Positions 1-9,873 of a DNA stretch of 64,000 bases are shown one piece after another (positions within the stretch are counted from its first letter, which is position 1; every line of letters begins with the position of its first letter). Made by a program: the position numbers and the translations under genes. The stretch is taken from positions 5,690 to 69,689 of the forward strand of contig CAIQUS010000060.1 in NCBI GenBank assembly GCA_903875045.1, in the 5' to 3' direction. The notes under the pieces are model-generated. The model ran no database searches and was not told where the DNA came from. It saw only the letters and a list, made by a program, of their open reading frames with translations. The DNA is from an uncultured Bacteroidales bacterium (GTDB lineage Bacteria > Bacteroidota > Bacteroidia > Bacteroidales > FEN-979).

Positions 1-48
1 ATTTGTCGCCTGATATGATCCCAGGTATAAATTTTTGACTTTATTATG

Positions 49-1095
49 CTAAGCCTGTCCATTTTTTTGTTTGTTGAATGAGAGTAAAATCAGTGAAATA
101 CCACCTATAAATAAAATCATGCTGGTTTGGGCAACCCATGAAATCCATCCCAAAGCCAATCCTGTCGTACGAACGATACCATAAAGCAACATGGTTTCCT
201 GGATAATTGCCGGATACAATCCGATACCTCCAGGGGTGACCATAATTCCAACGCTTCCCAGTACCAATGCTGAAAGAGCTGCTCCCGGGCTGAGGGTAGA
301 CGTATCCGCAAAACAGAAAAAGCAGACATAGATCATGAAAAAATAAAGTGCCCAGATGGCGATTGAATAAAAAATGAAAAGCCCGGGTTTGTTGATCTGA
401 CTGAGTGATTTTAGTCCTTCCCAGAAACCAAGGATCAGATTTGTAACTTTATGGAAAATTTTTGAATTCGCGATTTTTCTGCGAAGTAAGTAAACCATGG
501 ATATAATGATGATCCCCAGGGTTACCAATGAAAAAATAAAAACCTTACTGAATATGGGATTGTTGAATTTTTCGGCCAGTTTCGGGTAAATATATGAGTT
601 AAGATAATGTCCGATTGTTCCGGCCTGGGTCACAATCATCAGAAAGAATAACATGATGAATAAGATCATATCAATGGTCCTTTCAGTGATCACCGTGCCA
701 AATGATTTATTGAAAGGAATCTTTTCATAACGTGCAAGAATTCCGCACCTCGTTACTTCTCCCAGTCTGGGGAATGCCATATTCGCGAAATATCCCACCA
801 TTACTGCAAAAAAAGTGTTTTTCAGCGAGGGATGGTATCCCATTGGCTCAAGGAACAACCTCCATCGCAAGGCGCGGAGCAGGTGACTTGTTATACCCAT
901 TAAAATGGTAAGGATTACCCATCTGTATTTGGCAATGCGAAAGGAGTGTATGATTTGAACTCTTTCGTCAGGCGTTAATCCCCTGAGAGATAACCAAATG
1001 ATGAAAATGCCCAGACCTAAGAAAATTGTAAATTTAATAAAGGTTGTAACTTTATTGGTTCCGGGGGGTTCTTCAAGAGTGAATTCGGCCATCAA
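49..1095 (-). CDS. Polytopic membrane protein, UPF0104 / lysylphosphatidylglycerol-synthase TM-region-like (flippase-like) family
   Basis: 348-aa ORF with about 8 hydrophobic segments and an 'LRALRWRLFL'-type motif recalled from this family. Not searched. Confidence 0.55.
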   Translation of the reverse strand: MMAEFTLEEPPGTNKVTTFIKFTIFLGLGIFIIWLSLRGLTPDERVQIIHSFRIAKYRWVILTILMGITSHLLRALRWRLFLEPMGYHPSLKNTFFAVMVGYFANMAFPRLGEVTRCGILARYEKIPFNKSFGTVITERTIDMILFIMLFFLMIVTQAGTIGHYLNSYIYPKLAEKFNNPIFSKVFIFSLVTLGIIIISMVYLLRRKIANSKIFHKVTNLILGFWEGLKSLSQINKPGLFIFYSIAIWALYFFMIYVCFFCFADTSTLSPGAALSALVLGSVGIMVTPGGIGLYPAIIQETMLLYGIVRTTGLALGWISWVAQTSMILFIGGISLILLSFNKQKNGQA

Positions 1096-1204
1096 TGTGT
1101 TTTTTTACCTTTGACGAATGTGTTTTTCCGTCGAAAAAGGTCATACGGCAGTTGATTTATTGCTTCTATGGTTTCACAACCTGAAACAGCATTATCATGC
1201 AAAA

Positions 1205-2056
1205 TTACGAAAAAAGTTCAATATTGTCGATCAGCCTCACCTCACCAAGAAAAACAGCAATAAATGCTACCAGCTGGTTTTTGTATTTCCAGTTCTCAGC
1301 CGGCAACAGGCTCTGCTTATCACCGATTTCAAAGTATTCAACACGCAATGCCGGATTTTCCTGTATTTTTTTTATTCCCCATTCTTTTAATTCACTCACC
1401 GGGATTGTACCTGCTTTTTCTTTAACATCACATAATATCTGATAAATTTTCGGTGCAATGTTCCGTTCAGCGTTTGTAAGTCGCGTATTTCGTGAACTCA
1501 TCGCGAGTCCATCCGGTTCCCTGATCGTTTCGCAGGAGATAATTTCCACTGGCAGTTCCAGTTTTTCAACAAGGTACTTAATGACAGCAAGTTGTTGGAA
1601 ATCTTTCTTGCCGAAATAGGCCCGGGTTGGTTTTACGATGTCAAACAGTTTTTTAACAACGATAGCGACCCCGTTGAAATGCCCCGGACGGAATTTACCC
1701 TCCATCACCTTATCGAGCATACCGAATTCAATGTCAAGCAGGTAAATTTCGCCATCCGGATACATTTCGGCCTTCTCAGGTGCAAAAACCACGTCACAGG
1801 CATGTTCCTCCAGCATTCTCCGGTCCTGTTCAAAAGTTCGGGGATACTTTGCCAGGTCCTCCTGATTGTTGAACTGAATCGGATTAACAAAAATGCTGCA
1901 AACTGTTATGTCGTTCTCCAATTTTGATCGCCGGATCAGTCCCAAATGGCCTTCATGCAAAGCACCCATGGTGGGGACAAATCCAATCGTCAAGCCTTTT
2001 TGAATCTCGGTTTTCAGATAATCCTTAACTTCCTGAATCCTCGTAAATTGTCGCAT
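1205..2056 (-). CDS. panC: Pantoate--beta-alanine ligase
   Basis: 283 aa. N-terminal 'VPTMGALHEGHLGLI' HIGH-type signature and the length are typical of PanC. Confidence 0.93.
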   Translation of the reverse strand: MRQFTRIQEVKDYLKTEIQKGLTIGFVPTMGALHEGHLGLIRRSKLENDITVCSIFVNPIQFNNQEDLAKYPRTFEQDRRMLEEHACDVVFAPEKAEMYPDGEIYLLDIEFGMLDKVMEGKFRPGHFNGVAIVVKKLFDIVKPTRAYFGKKDFQQLAVIKYLVEKLELPVEIISCETIREPDGLAMSSRNTRLTNAERNIAPKIYQILCDVKEKAGTIPVSELKEWGIKKIQENPALRVEYFEIGDKQSLLPAENWKYKNQLVAFIAVFLGEVRLIDNIELFS

Positions 2057-2252
2057 TGTTTGTTTGGTTTAAATTAGTTTCAGGTCTCCAGGCTGAATCC
2101 ATTCCCGAACAACTGGATAGTTATTTCCCTTTTCTTTTTTGGAAGGGTGAGGAGTTTTATGGGACCATTGTCAAAGATAAAGTGAATTTGAAGAGAGACA
2201 TAACATCCGGGGGAAAATAATCATATAAATGTTAAAATCAGTTTATTTTGTC

Positions 2253-2260
2253 TATATTTG
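2253..2260 (+). promoter_or_regulatory. Candidate -7 box (TAtaTTTG) for the orphan response regulator
   Basis: tatatttg lies 36 nt upstream of the ATG at 2296. Confidence 0.35.
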
Positions 2261-2295
2261 ATGTATATTAGCATTATGAAATCATTTAACGGAGC

Positions 2296-2658
2296 ATGTA
2301 TCGAATTTTACAAATAGAAGATCTTCCTTCCGATGCTTATCTGGTGAAACGGGAAGTGAAAAAAGTACTTAATCCCTGCGAATTTCAGATAGTTGAAGAT
2401 AAAGAAACATTTTTAACCGCATTGCAGGAATTCAAACCTGATATCATTATTTCAGATTTTAGTATGCCTGGTTTTGATTGGCGTTCTGCACTCATTTTAC
2501 GGATGGAGCGCGTTCCTGATGTGCCATTTATAGTGGTGACCGGTTCAACTAGCGAAGTGATCAGAAACCAATGTATTGCAGCAGGTGCCACCGATTTTAT
2601 CAGTAAAAATGCGATCCAGGAATTGGGGCCTGCGATATTAAAGGCAATGAAGCAATAG
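2296..2658 (+). CDS. Stand-alone response regulator receiver (CheY-like) domain protein
   Basis: 120 aa. 'DIIISDFSMPGFD' phospho-acceptor region and 'VVTG' and 'K' positions fit a REC domain. No output domain. Confidence 0.8.
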   Translation: MYRILQIEDLPSDAYLVKREVKKVLNPCEFQIVEDKETFLTALQEFKPDIIISDFSMPGFDWRSALILRMERVPDVPFIVVTGSTSEVIRNQCIAAGATDFISKNAIQELGPAILKAMKQ

Positions 2659-2659
2659 A

Positions 2660-3892
2660 TCAGAGGCTTCCTTCATCGTATGCTTTTTCTCCATGCAACG
2701 CCACATCCAGGCCTTGTTTTTCATGTTGTTCCGACACACGCACCTTTGTTACCAGGTTGATCAATGCCAGCATGATGTAGGTGAAAATGAAGGCGTAGGC
2801 TGAAGCGGCAATTACAGTGATCAGTTGTTTAAGGAAAAATGAACTTTGTCCAAACCACAATCCTTCGGTTATAACGGCCGGGTTGATCATTTTTGTGGCG
2901 AAAACGCCAAGCAGAATGGTTCCAAGCACACCGCCGATTCCATGAACTCCCCATACATCGAGCGCGTCATCCCAATTCAACTTGTTTTTTAATTGTACAG
3001 CCAGGTAACATGTCACACCGGCCGCTACTCCGATGATGGGCGCCGACCACATGGGGACAAATCCCGCGCATGGAGTGATGGTTGCCAAACCGGCAATGGA
3101 ACCTGTCAACAGCCCAAGAAGTTTCGGACGCCCTTCGCGGATCCATTCAATGGCCACCCAGGCTGCCGTTGCAAAGGATGCTGCAACATCCGTATTAATA
3201 AATGCCAGCGCTGTGATTTTATCTACCTGTAACTCACTGCCGGCATTGAAACCGTACCATCCAAACCATAATAAACCACTCCCGATGGCAACAAGGGGGA
3301 TACTGTTGGGCGTCGAATTTTTATCTGATCGGGCACCTACATAAAATACCGAAGCCAGGGCTGCAAAACCTGCGGTGGCATGTACTACAATCCCACCTGC
3401 AAAATCAAGAACACCCCATTGCGCGAGCAACCCGTTTCCCCAGATCATGTGCACAAACGGATAGTACACCATGATCTGCCAAACAGTCAGAAAGATCATG
3501 TATGACCTGAAGGTTACACGATTTACAAACGCACCTGTAATGAGGGCCGGGGTGATGATTGCAAACATCATCTGGTAAACAATGAAAACAATTTCGGGGA
3601 TTTTTCCGTTGCCTGAATAAATGGAATCGATCGTAATACCGTTCAGAAAGATTTTATCCAGGTTCCCGAAAATCCCGCCTTCTCCGCCACTGAAACAAAG
3701 CGAATATCCGAATGTGACCCATAAAACAGTTGTCCAACCTAAAGAGGCGAAACTTTGTATCATGATCCCCAATATGTTCCTTTTCGTGGCCAGGCCACCA
3801 TAAAAAAACGCCAGTGCCGGCGTCATTAACATAACCAGGCTTGCCGATAACAGCATAAACCCGGTTGATCCAACATCGATTGTGCCTGTCAT
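2660..3892 (-). CDS. amt: Ammonium transporter (Amt family)
   Basis: 410 aa, 11-12 TM segments. 'FMLLSASLVMLMTPALAFFYGGL' and 'VHATAGFAALA' are classic Amt/AmtB motifs. Confidence 0.95.
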   Translation of the reverse strand: MTGTIDVGSTGFMLLSASLVMLMTPALAFFYGGLATKRNILGIMIQSFASLGWTTVLWVTFGYSLCFSGGEGGIFGNLDKIFLNGITIDSIYSGNGKIPEIVFIVYQMMFAIITPALITGAFVNRVTFRSYMIFLTVWQIMVYYPFVHMIWGNGLLAQWGVLDFAGGIVVHATAGFAALASVFYVGARSDKNSTPNSIPLVAIGSGLLWFGWYGFNAGSELQVDKITALAFINTDVAASFATAAWVAIEWIREGRPKLLGLLTGSIAGLATITPCAGFVPMWSAPIIGVAAGVTCYLAVQLKNKLNWDDALDVWGVHGIGGVLGTILLGVFATKMINPAVITEGLWFGQSSFFLKQLITVIAASAYAFIFTYIMLALINLVTKVRVSEQHEKQGLDVALHGEKAYDEGSL

Positions 3893-3894
3893 AC

Positions 3895-3933
3895 AATTTT
3901 AGATTTACGATTTACGATTTACGATTTATGATC
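3895..3933. repeat. Tandem heptamer array (GATTTAC, ~5 units) in the porin-amt spacer
   Basis: aatttta gatttac gatttac gatttac gatttat gatc. Confidence 0.9.
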
Positions 3934-3948
3934 TCTTTTATTCGCATG

Positions 3949-4776
3949 CTACAGTGATAGACCAAATACCAAAAACACACTCTGCGCCTGAGGATTGGTT
4001 ATTACAGAGCCAAACAGGGGCAGAGAATAATCTTTTGTAATGGTGAGGGATTTGGTAATGGTCAATCCGGCATTGATCACCCCGGCTGATGGCCCGTACC
4101 AGGATGAACCAAAGGGAATTCCGCCGACAAATGGTTTGAGTCCGAAACCTTTGACATTAAACTGGTAAGCTGCTTCAAAATAGGTGGAGTAGTTGTTCTT
4201 GTTTCCGGTTCCGTAAACACCAGTAGAATCTTTCCCTTTATCAGCACCATAAACCAGCGTACCCGCGTAGAGTTGCAGAGGGAATTTTTCAGGACCTGCC
4301 CATGACAGGCAAATCTCGACCGTATGACCGGTTGTTTTATTTTTAAAATTGAAGTATTTGTTTCCGTTATTTGGTTCCAGGGAATTAGGCAAAAAGTAAT
4401 CGTAGGCCATAATGGTGAAGCCTTTTAACGTATAAGAAAGGTAAAAATCAACCTCTGCATAATGGCCCATGTTTGCAATCGTTGAATCGTTGATTTGTCG
4501 GGAATACGCTCCAAGACCGTAAGAACCCCAGAAACCGGCTTTGAACCCCGCAACTGAAAAGGCAATAGCCGGCTGAATGGCAGGTGAATTCCCATAATCG
4601 GTACCCCGCCAGATGTAGCGGCTTACCAGGTCGGCACCAGCGCTAAATGTGGCAGCGCTGCTGGTGGTATCTTCCATTTTGTTTTCATCCTGTAACTGGG
4701 CAAATGAAAGCGATGCAAGCGATATAAAAAAAGCTGCAAGTACAATTGATTTGAAAAAGGCTGTTTCCATTTTCAT
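3949..4776 (-). CDS. Putative outer-membrane beta-barrel porin encoded upstream of amt
   Basis: Start chosen at internal Met giving signal peptide 'MKMETAFFKSIVLAAFFISLASLSFAQ'. Alternating aromatic/Gly-rich beta-strand pattern and a C-terminal aromatic-rich strand. Same strand as amt, 56 nt upstream. Confidence 0.5.
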   Translation of the reverse strand: MKMETAFFKSIVLAAFFISLASLSFAQLQDENKMEDTTSSAATFSAGADLVSRYIWRGTDYGNSPAIQPAIAFSVAGFKAGFWGSYGLGAYSRQINDSTIANMGHYAEVDFYLSYTLKGFTIMAYDYFLPNSLEPNNGNKYFNFKNKTTGHTVEICLSWAGPEKFPLQLYAGTLVYGADKGKDSTGVYGTGNKNNYSTYFEAAYQFNVKGFGLKPFVGGIPFGSSWYGPSAGVINAGLTITKSLTITKDYSLPLFGSVITNPQAQSVFLVFGLSL

Positions 4777-4790
4777 TGCGATGTGTTTTT

Positions 4791-4816
4791 TGTTAATAAT
4801 TTCACATGCAATATTA
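4791..4816 (-). promoter_or_regulatory. TAATATTG box followed by a CRP/FNR-type palindrome (TGTGAAATTATTAACA) just upstream of the porin-amt operon
   Basis: Minus-strand reading is taatattg-ca-tgtgaaattattaaca, ending 14 nt before the porin ATG. There is one half-site mismatch to TGTGA-N6-TCACA. Confidence 0.4.
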
Positions 4817-4985
4817 CCACAGCCGGATTGTTCACACAATCCTGTAAACTACTGAATTTTAATAAGCTAAAACCGGGGGAAATACTACGTGGTTTCCGTA
4901 GGTTCAAAAGGGCAAACTCTTATGCAGCAGGGCGATTTTATATCGGAGATATCGTCAAAAATAATCCTCCGGCTTTCCATCATGG

Positions 4986-5645
4986 TTAAATTTCCACAAT
5001 TTTGTTCCTGATGGCATATTTAATCAGTTCAACGGTCGACTTCAGCTCCAGCTTTTTCATAATATGGTTTTTATGGGTTTCCACCGTACGGATACTGATA
5101 TCCAGCTGATCGCTGATCTCCTTGTTGATAAAACCTTCGGCAAATAGTTTTAGGATTTCTATCTCTCTGGTAGTAAGTGAAATGGAATTCCCAGGGGAAG
5201 TCATGTCATCTTCCTTTGCTTTTCGTACATAACTTTTCAGCATGATACGTGAGATGGAATCCGAAAAAAACTCTTCCCCTTCGTAAATGGCATGAATGGC
5301 ATTCAGGAGTTCCTCCCTGGAGGTGTTTTTTGGCAGGTAACCGCGGGCGCCTGCTTTTACCGAATTAAAAATGAAATCCTCATTGGTGTACATGGAGAGA
5401 ATGAGTACCCTGGTGGCAGGATACTCTGCTGAAATCCGTTTGGTGATCTCAATGCCATTGGTATCAGGTAATGAGATGTCGAGGATAAGGATATCGGGTG
5501 GTTCAATGGCAATTTTTTCAAAACACTCTCTGCCTGAGGAGGCTTCTCCCAGAATATGGAGTTCTTCGGCACTGATCAGCAACGATTTAATTCCATCCCT
5601 GACAAGTTGGTGGTCATCAACGAGAAAAATTCTGATTTTTGGCAT
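4986..5645 (-). CDS. NarL/LuxR-family two-component response regulator (REC + HTH_LuxR)
   Basis: 219 aa. 'IFLVDDHQLVRDG', 'ILILDISLPDTNG' and a C-terminal 'LTTREIEILKLFAEGFINKEISDQLDISIRTVETHKNHIMKKL' LuxR HTH. Confidence 0.9.
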   Translation of the reverse strand: MPKIRIFLVDDHQLVRDGIKSLLISAEELHILGEASSGRECFEKIAIEPPDILILDISLPDTNGIEITKRISAEYPATRVLILSMYTNEDFIFNSVKAGARGYLPKNTSREELLNAIHAIYEGEEFFSDSISRIMLKSYVRKAKEDDMTSPGNSISLTTREIEILKLFAEGFINKEISDQLDISIRTVETHKNHIMKKLELKSTVELIKYAIRNKIVEI

Positions 5646-7422
5646 AAGTTGTAATAATTGGTACTTTTAAAATGATTGTTGTTCCCTGCAAAGGGGTAGA
5701 GCGTATATCTATTTGTCCTTGTAATAAAATTGCCCGTTCACGCATGTTGTGAATTCCGTTTCCACTGTTGTTTACAATGGTTTCGGGTGAGAAACCTTTG
5801 CCGTCATCGCAGATCATCAGGGTCAGCAGGTCAGTGTCAAGGTAAAGGGTAACTTTCACCTCACGGGCTTCGGCATGTTTTACAATGTTATTCAAGGCCT
5901 CCTGTGTTAGTCTGTAAATATAGGTTTTAATCTTCTTATCCAGTTCGTCAAAATTTCCTTTGGCTTCAAAATGAATACGCAAGCCACTGTGTTCTTCCGT
6001 TTCAGAAAAGAGGTTTCTGAAAGCGATTGGTATACTGAAAACTTCAAGAACAGAAGGCATGAGATTGTTCGAAATACGACGGACTTCATCGATAATCTGA
6101 TCAAAATAGTTCTTCAATTCCTGGATGGAGTTCCTGATGTCTTTCCCATCCTGATACAATAAATTTTCCAGTCGTAGTTTGATTGCTATGAGCGACTGCC
6201 CGATACCATCGTGCAGCTCGCGCGACAAACGCTGGCGTTCCATCTCTTCACCGTCAAATACCGATTGAATCCTTCCGAATCTTTCGCTTTGGAGTTCAGT
6301 GGTTTTCTCTTTGATCTGTCGGGCCATGATGTTAAAGGAATTGGTAAGTGACCCGATCTCATCCCGGGTGTTGACAGGGAGGTCGATGTCGTAAGTGCCT
6401 TTTCCCAGGTTAACGGTTGCATCCCGAAGCAGGATCAGTGGTTTGGTGATTCGTCGGGAAATGAACCAAACCAGTGCAAAAAATATGACCATGATGATTA
6501 CGCTCAATAACAGAATACGCGTACGTGTCTCGTAGATCGGGATCATCGCCTCTTTAAGGTCTATTTCGGCCAGAATCGCCCAGTTCAGTCCGGGAACATC
6601 AATCAAACTATAGGATGAAAGCACCGGCACCCCGCGGTAATCATTGGTTGCAATGGCACCCGAAATACCGCTGATTGCATCTGTAGCCGATTGTGTTTTA
6701 ACTAAGGTCCGTAAGATGGAATTTGGCTGGAACCTGGAGGTTGACCGCATCAGATAATCCGGGCCCACCAGGTAAGTCTCACCACTTGACCCAAGGCCAT
6801 TCAAAGGATCATTGTTCAGCATGATGGTGTTAATTGCCTGAATTGAAACCGCAAGAATCAGGATAGTTCCACCAGATTTGTTGTCTTTCGCGGGGCTGTT
6901 AGTTTTGATGGCGATCAACTGAAACGGTTCCCCATTGTGTTTATCTGTTAAGAAGTCGGTAATAACCACGTTCCTGTCGTTCACTTGTGCCCTGAGTGCC
7001 GATAAAATATTTTCTGGGATTACAGGAGGGCAAACAACAAGGGTGTCATTTACGCCACCCTTCATTAAAATCCCTTCTCGCCCCAGGATGTAGAATGCTG
7101 TGAAATAATTTCCCGGCAACCGGAGCGCTGCGATGAGTTTCTCCCACTCCCGGTGGCTCCTGCCTTCATCCGTTAAAGGTGAGGTGGGTGGAATGGAGCC
7201 TGCCATCATGGCCAGCAAGGTGATATCCCTTGTCCTGTCGGCATAGAATTGCCTGATTTGATTTTTTTTTACGATCCGGAGAGAAGTAAGCTGATCAAAG
7301 GTGCGGCTCATCAGCGCTTCCCTGGTGTTGTAAAAGGAGACGGTCGTGATGATCGTGATGGAGCCAATACCCAATAATACAAAGTATAGAATTAGTTTCT
7401 CGGTAAGCGTGCTGACCTTCAT
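5617..7422 (-). CDS. Sensor histidine kinase (extracytoplasmic Cache-like domain, HAMP, HisKA_3, HATPase_c)
   Basis: 601 aa with two TM segments flanking a ~270-aa periplasmic region. 'LSRELHDGIGQSL' HisKA_3 H-box and 'GNGIHNMRERA...GTTIILKVP' ATPase motifs. Overlaps the cognate regulator by 29 nt. Confidence 0.85.
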   Translation of the reverse strand: MKVSTLTEKLILYFVLLGIGSITIITTVSFYNTREALMSRTFDQLTSLRIVKKNQIRQFYADRTRDITLLAMMAGSIPPTSPLTDEGRSHREWEKLIAALRLPGNYFTAFYILGREGILMKGGVNDTLVVCPPVIPENILSALRAQVNDRNVVITDFLTDKHNGEPFQLIAIKTNSPAKDNKSGGTILILAVSIQAINTIMLNNDPLNGLGSSGETYLVGPDYLMRSTSRFQPNSILRTLVKTQSATDAISGISGAIATNDYRGVPVLSSYSLIDVPGLNWAILAEIDLKEAMIPIYETRTRILLLSVIIMVIFFALVWFISRRITKPLILLRDATVNLGKGTYDIDLPVNTRDEIGSLTNSFNIMARQIKEKTTELQSERFGRIQSVFDGEEMERQRLSRELHDGIGQSLIAIKLRLENLLYQDGKDIRNSIQELKNYFDQIIDEVRRISNNLMPSVLEVFSIPIAFRNLFSETEEHSGLRIHFEAKGNFDELDKKIKTYIYRLTQEALNNIVKHAEAREVKVTLYLDTDLLTLMICDDGKGFSPETIVNNSGNGIHNMRERAILLQGQIDIRSTPLQGTTIILKVPIITTYAKNQNFSR

Positions 7423-7500
7423 GGTTTTTTACTACTTTTGAATCCTTTCAATCTGAAAGGGAACAGGATCACCGGACAAACATAATAAAAATAAACATCT

Positions 7501-9870
7501 ATGGGGTCACGATTTGTAAGGGAAACACGTAAATGTTTCTTTATTATCTGTCTGATTTGTATTTTTATCAATCCTGAGAAGTTGGCTGGGCAGCAAAAAA
7601 CTGTTACCTATTATGCTGATCCTTCAGCCATCCCGCCTGATTTGCCGATCACCATCAAGCACCTCAACGCCCATATCAGCTTCAAACCAGAGAAAAACCT
7701 TGTGGTTGGTACTGCAGAATTTTACTTTATTCCAAACCGGCAGCCAATCGATTCCATTGTTTTCCATGCACCGGATTTCAAGGTTACTTCCGTTAAGATA
7801 AATGACAAAGAGGTTAAGTTTCATCAAACCGGCAGCAATCTGGTTGTCCATCCTGATTCAGTGCCATGGAAATCACCTCTTAAACACATGGTATCAAGCC
7901 TGTCTTCCATACTTATCACTTATACCGCCACCCCGCTTGCCGGCCTGATATATTTTATCGGCTGGCAGCCAGGGGAGGAGGGCAAGCGCAAACAGATTTG
8001 GGCACACCGCCCCCATGGCTGGATTCCATACATAGACGGACGCATCACCGTCGATATGTTTATTACGTTTGATAGTAAGTCCAAGGTTTTTTCCAATGGC
8101 GAACGGATGGAGGTAAAGGAAAATCGTGACGGCACCAAAACCTGGCATTATGCCATGAAAAAGGATCACCCGTTTTTTTCCACATCATTGGTTATAGGTG
8201 ATTACAATTTTAAAAGCACAAAAACCTCACGCGGGGTACCACTTGAATTCTGGTACTATTCCGATATGCCCGAACGGGTTGGCACTACCTATATGTACAC
8301 CGAACGAATGTTCGATTTTCTTGAAAAGGAGCTGGGATTCAACTATCCCTATTCACAATACCGCGAAGCGCCTGTGATTGATTATATGTACGGAGCCATG
8401 GAAACCACTACCAGTACCGTATTTGGCGACTATATGCAGATCACACCAAGAGCCTGGTGGCAGCGGAATTATGTAAACGTAAATGTCCATGAACTCGCTC
8501 ATCAGTGGTTTGGAAATTGTGTGGCGCATTACGTGAACAGAGATGTATGGCTTACAGAGAGTTTTGCCACCTATTATGCCAAAATGTTTGAAAAGAGTAT
8601 TTTCGGGGACGATTATTATCAAAATATCCGAAATGATGAAATGCGCCTTACCTTCGAGGCAGCTAAAAATAATGATTATCCCGTTGGTGGAAGCCAGGGC
8701 GGGGTTCAGCGGATATATCAAAAAGGTTCCCTGGTTCTGGAAATGCTTAACACTGTGATGGGTGACCGTGCTTTTCGGGATGCTGTTCAGTCTTATTTGA
8801 ATAAATTTGCCTTCGGGTATGCCGAAACAAGCGATTTTATGCGATGTGTTTATGAGGCATCAGGAAAACCCTATAACTGGTTTTTCGACCAATGGATACT
8901 CCGGGGTGGTGAGCCAGAATACCTTGTGAAGGATTCTGTTTCAAATGATTCACTGGAAAACAGATATACGATCTTTAGGATCTGGCAGGTGCAGAAAGTC
9001 AATGAATTGAATGGACTTTTTAAAATGCCGGTTGAATTTGAAGTCCATTACCAGGATGGTACCAGCGACCGGGTGAAAACGTGGATTGAAAAACAATATT
9101 CGGAGGTTTCTGTGCCAAATCCCCAAAAGAAGCCGATAAGGTTTTTGCTGTTTGACCCAAACCGGAAAATCCTGAAAAAAGTAACATTTGCAAAAACTTT
9201 TGAAAATCTCATTGCCCAGGCAGTGAATGCAGACAACATGGTTGACCGGTATGATGCATGGATGGCGCTGCGGCCAGAGCCGGTAGCCAGAAAATCCGAC
9301 TTTCTTATCTCTGCATTCCGCAAAGAAACATTCTGGTTGATCCGGTCGGAGATCCTACAGCAACTTGCGTACGACAAATCTCCGGAGTCAGTGGAGGTAT
9401 TCCGGCAGGCCTTGCACGACAAGGATGCCAATGTACGGAGAACCGCTCTCATGACGCTAAACCCGGTACCGGAATTGCTTCAGAGCACAGTGGAAGCGTT
9501 GTTGTACGATTCGAGTTATCTGAATGTGGAATATGCACTGCAGGCGCTATGTGTCTCATTTCCAAAAAATGTTGATCAGTATCTTGACCTCACCAGGGAC
9601 ATGGAGGGGTGGCGTGGAAAGAATATCAGGATGATGTGGATTGCTGTTGCCCTTGCCAATGGGAAAACGGAATATCTGCCTGAACTCATCAGCTATAGTA
9701 GCCCTAAGTTCGAATTCGAGACCAGAATGAATGCGTTTAATCTTTTGAAAAAGCTAAAATACAGCGACCCTGAAACAAAAAAATACGCTGAAGGTGCCAG
9801 TAAACATTGGAATTATAAACTGAGTGGCGCTGCAAAGGAATACTTGAAAGAGGTGAAAATTGAAAATTAG
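7501..9870 (+). CDS. M1-family zinc aminopeptidase with C-terminal HEAT-like repeats
   Basis: 789 aa with a signal peptide. 'VHELAHQWFGN' HEXXH plus a downstream 'WLTESFATY' glutamate, which is the gluzincin M1 signature. Confidence 0.85.
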   Translation: MGSRFVRETRKCFFIICLICIFINPEKLAGQQKTVTYYADPSAIPPDLPITIKHLNAHISFKPEKNLVVGTAEFYFIPNRQPIDSIVFHAPDFKVTSVKINDKEVKFHQTGSNLVVHPDSVPWKSPLKHMVSSLSSILITYTATPLAGLIYFIGWQPGEEGKRKQIWAHRPHGWIPYIDGRITVDMFITFDSKSKVFSNGERMEVKENRDGTKTWHYAMKKDHPFFSTSLVIGDYNFKSTKTSRGVPLEFWYYSDMPERVGTTYMYTERMFDFLEKELGFNYPYSQYREAPVIDYMYGAMETTTSTVFGDYMQITPRAWWQRNYVNVNVHELAHQWFGNCVAHYVNRDVWLTESFATYYAKMFEKSIFGDDYYQNIRNDEMRLTFEAAKNNDYPVGGSQGGVQRIYQKGSLVLEMLNTVMGDRAFRDAVQSYLNKFAFGYAETSDFMRCVYEASGKPYNWFFDQWILRGGEPEYLVKDSVSNDSLENRYTIFRIWQVQKVNELNGLFKMPVEFEVHYQDGTSDRVKTWIEKQYSEVSVPNPQKKPIRFLLFDPNRKILKKVTFAKTFENLIAQAVNADNMVDRYDAWMALRPEPVARKSDFLISAFRKETFWLIRSEILQQLAYDKSPESVEVFRQALHDKDANVRRTALMTLNPVPELLQSTVEALLYDSSYLNVEYALQALCVSFPKNVDQYLDLTRDMEGWRGKNIRMMWIAVALANGKTEYLPELISYSSPKFEFETRMNAFNLLKKLKYSDPETKKYAEGASKHWNYKLSGAAKEYLKEVKIEN

Positions 9871-9873
9871 CAA

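Noticed and set aside
1118-1442. Plus-strand ORFs 1118-1390 and 1197-1442 near panC.
   Set aside because: They are antisense to or overlap the 3' part of panC, they are low-complexity, and they have no motifs.
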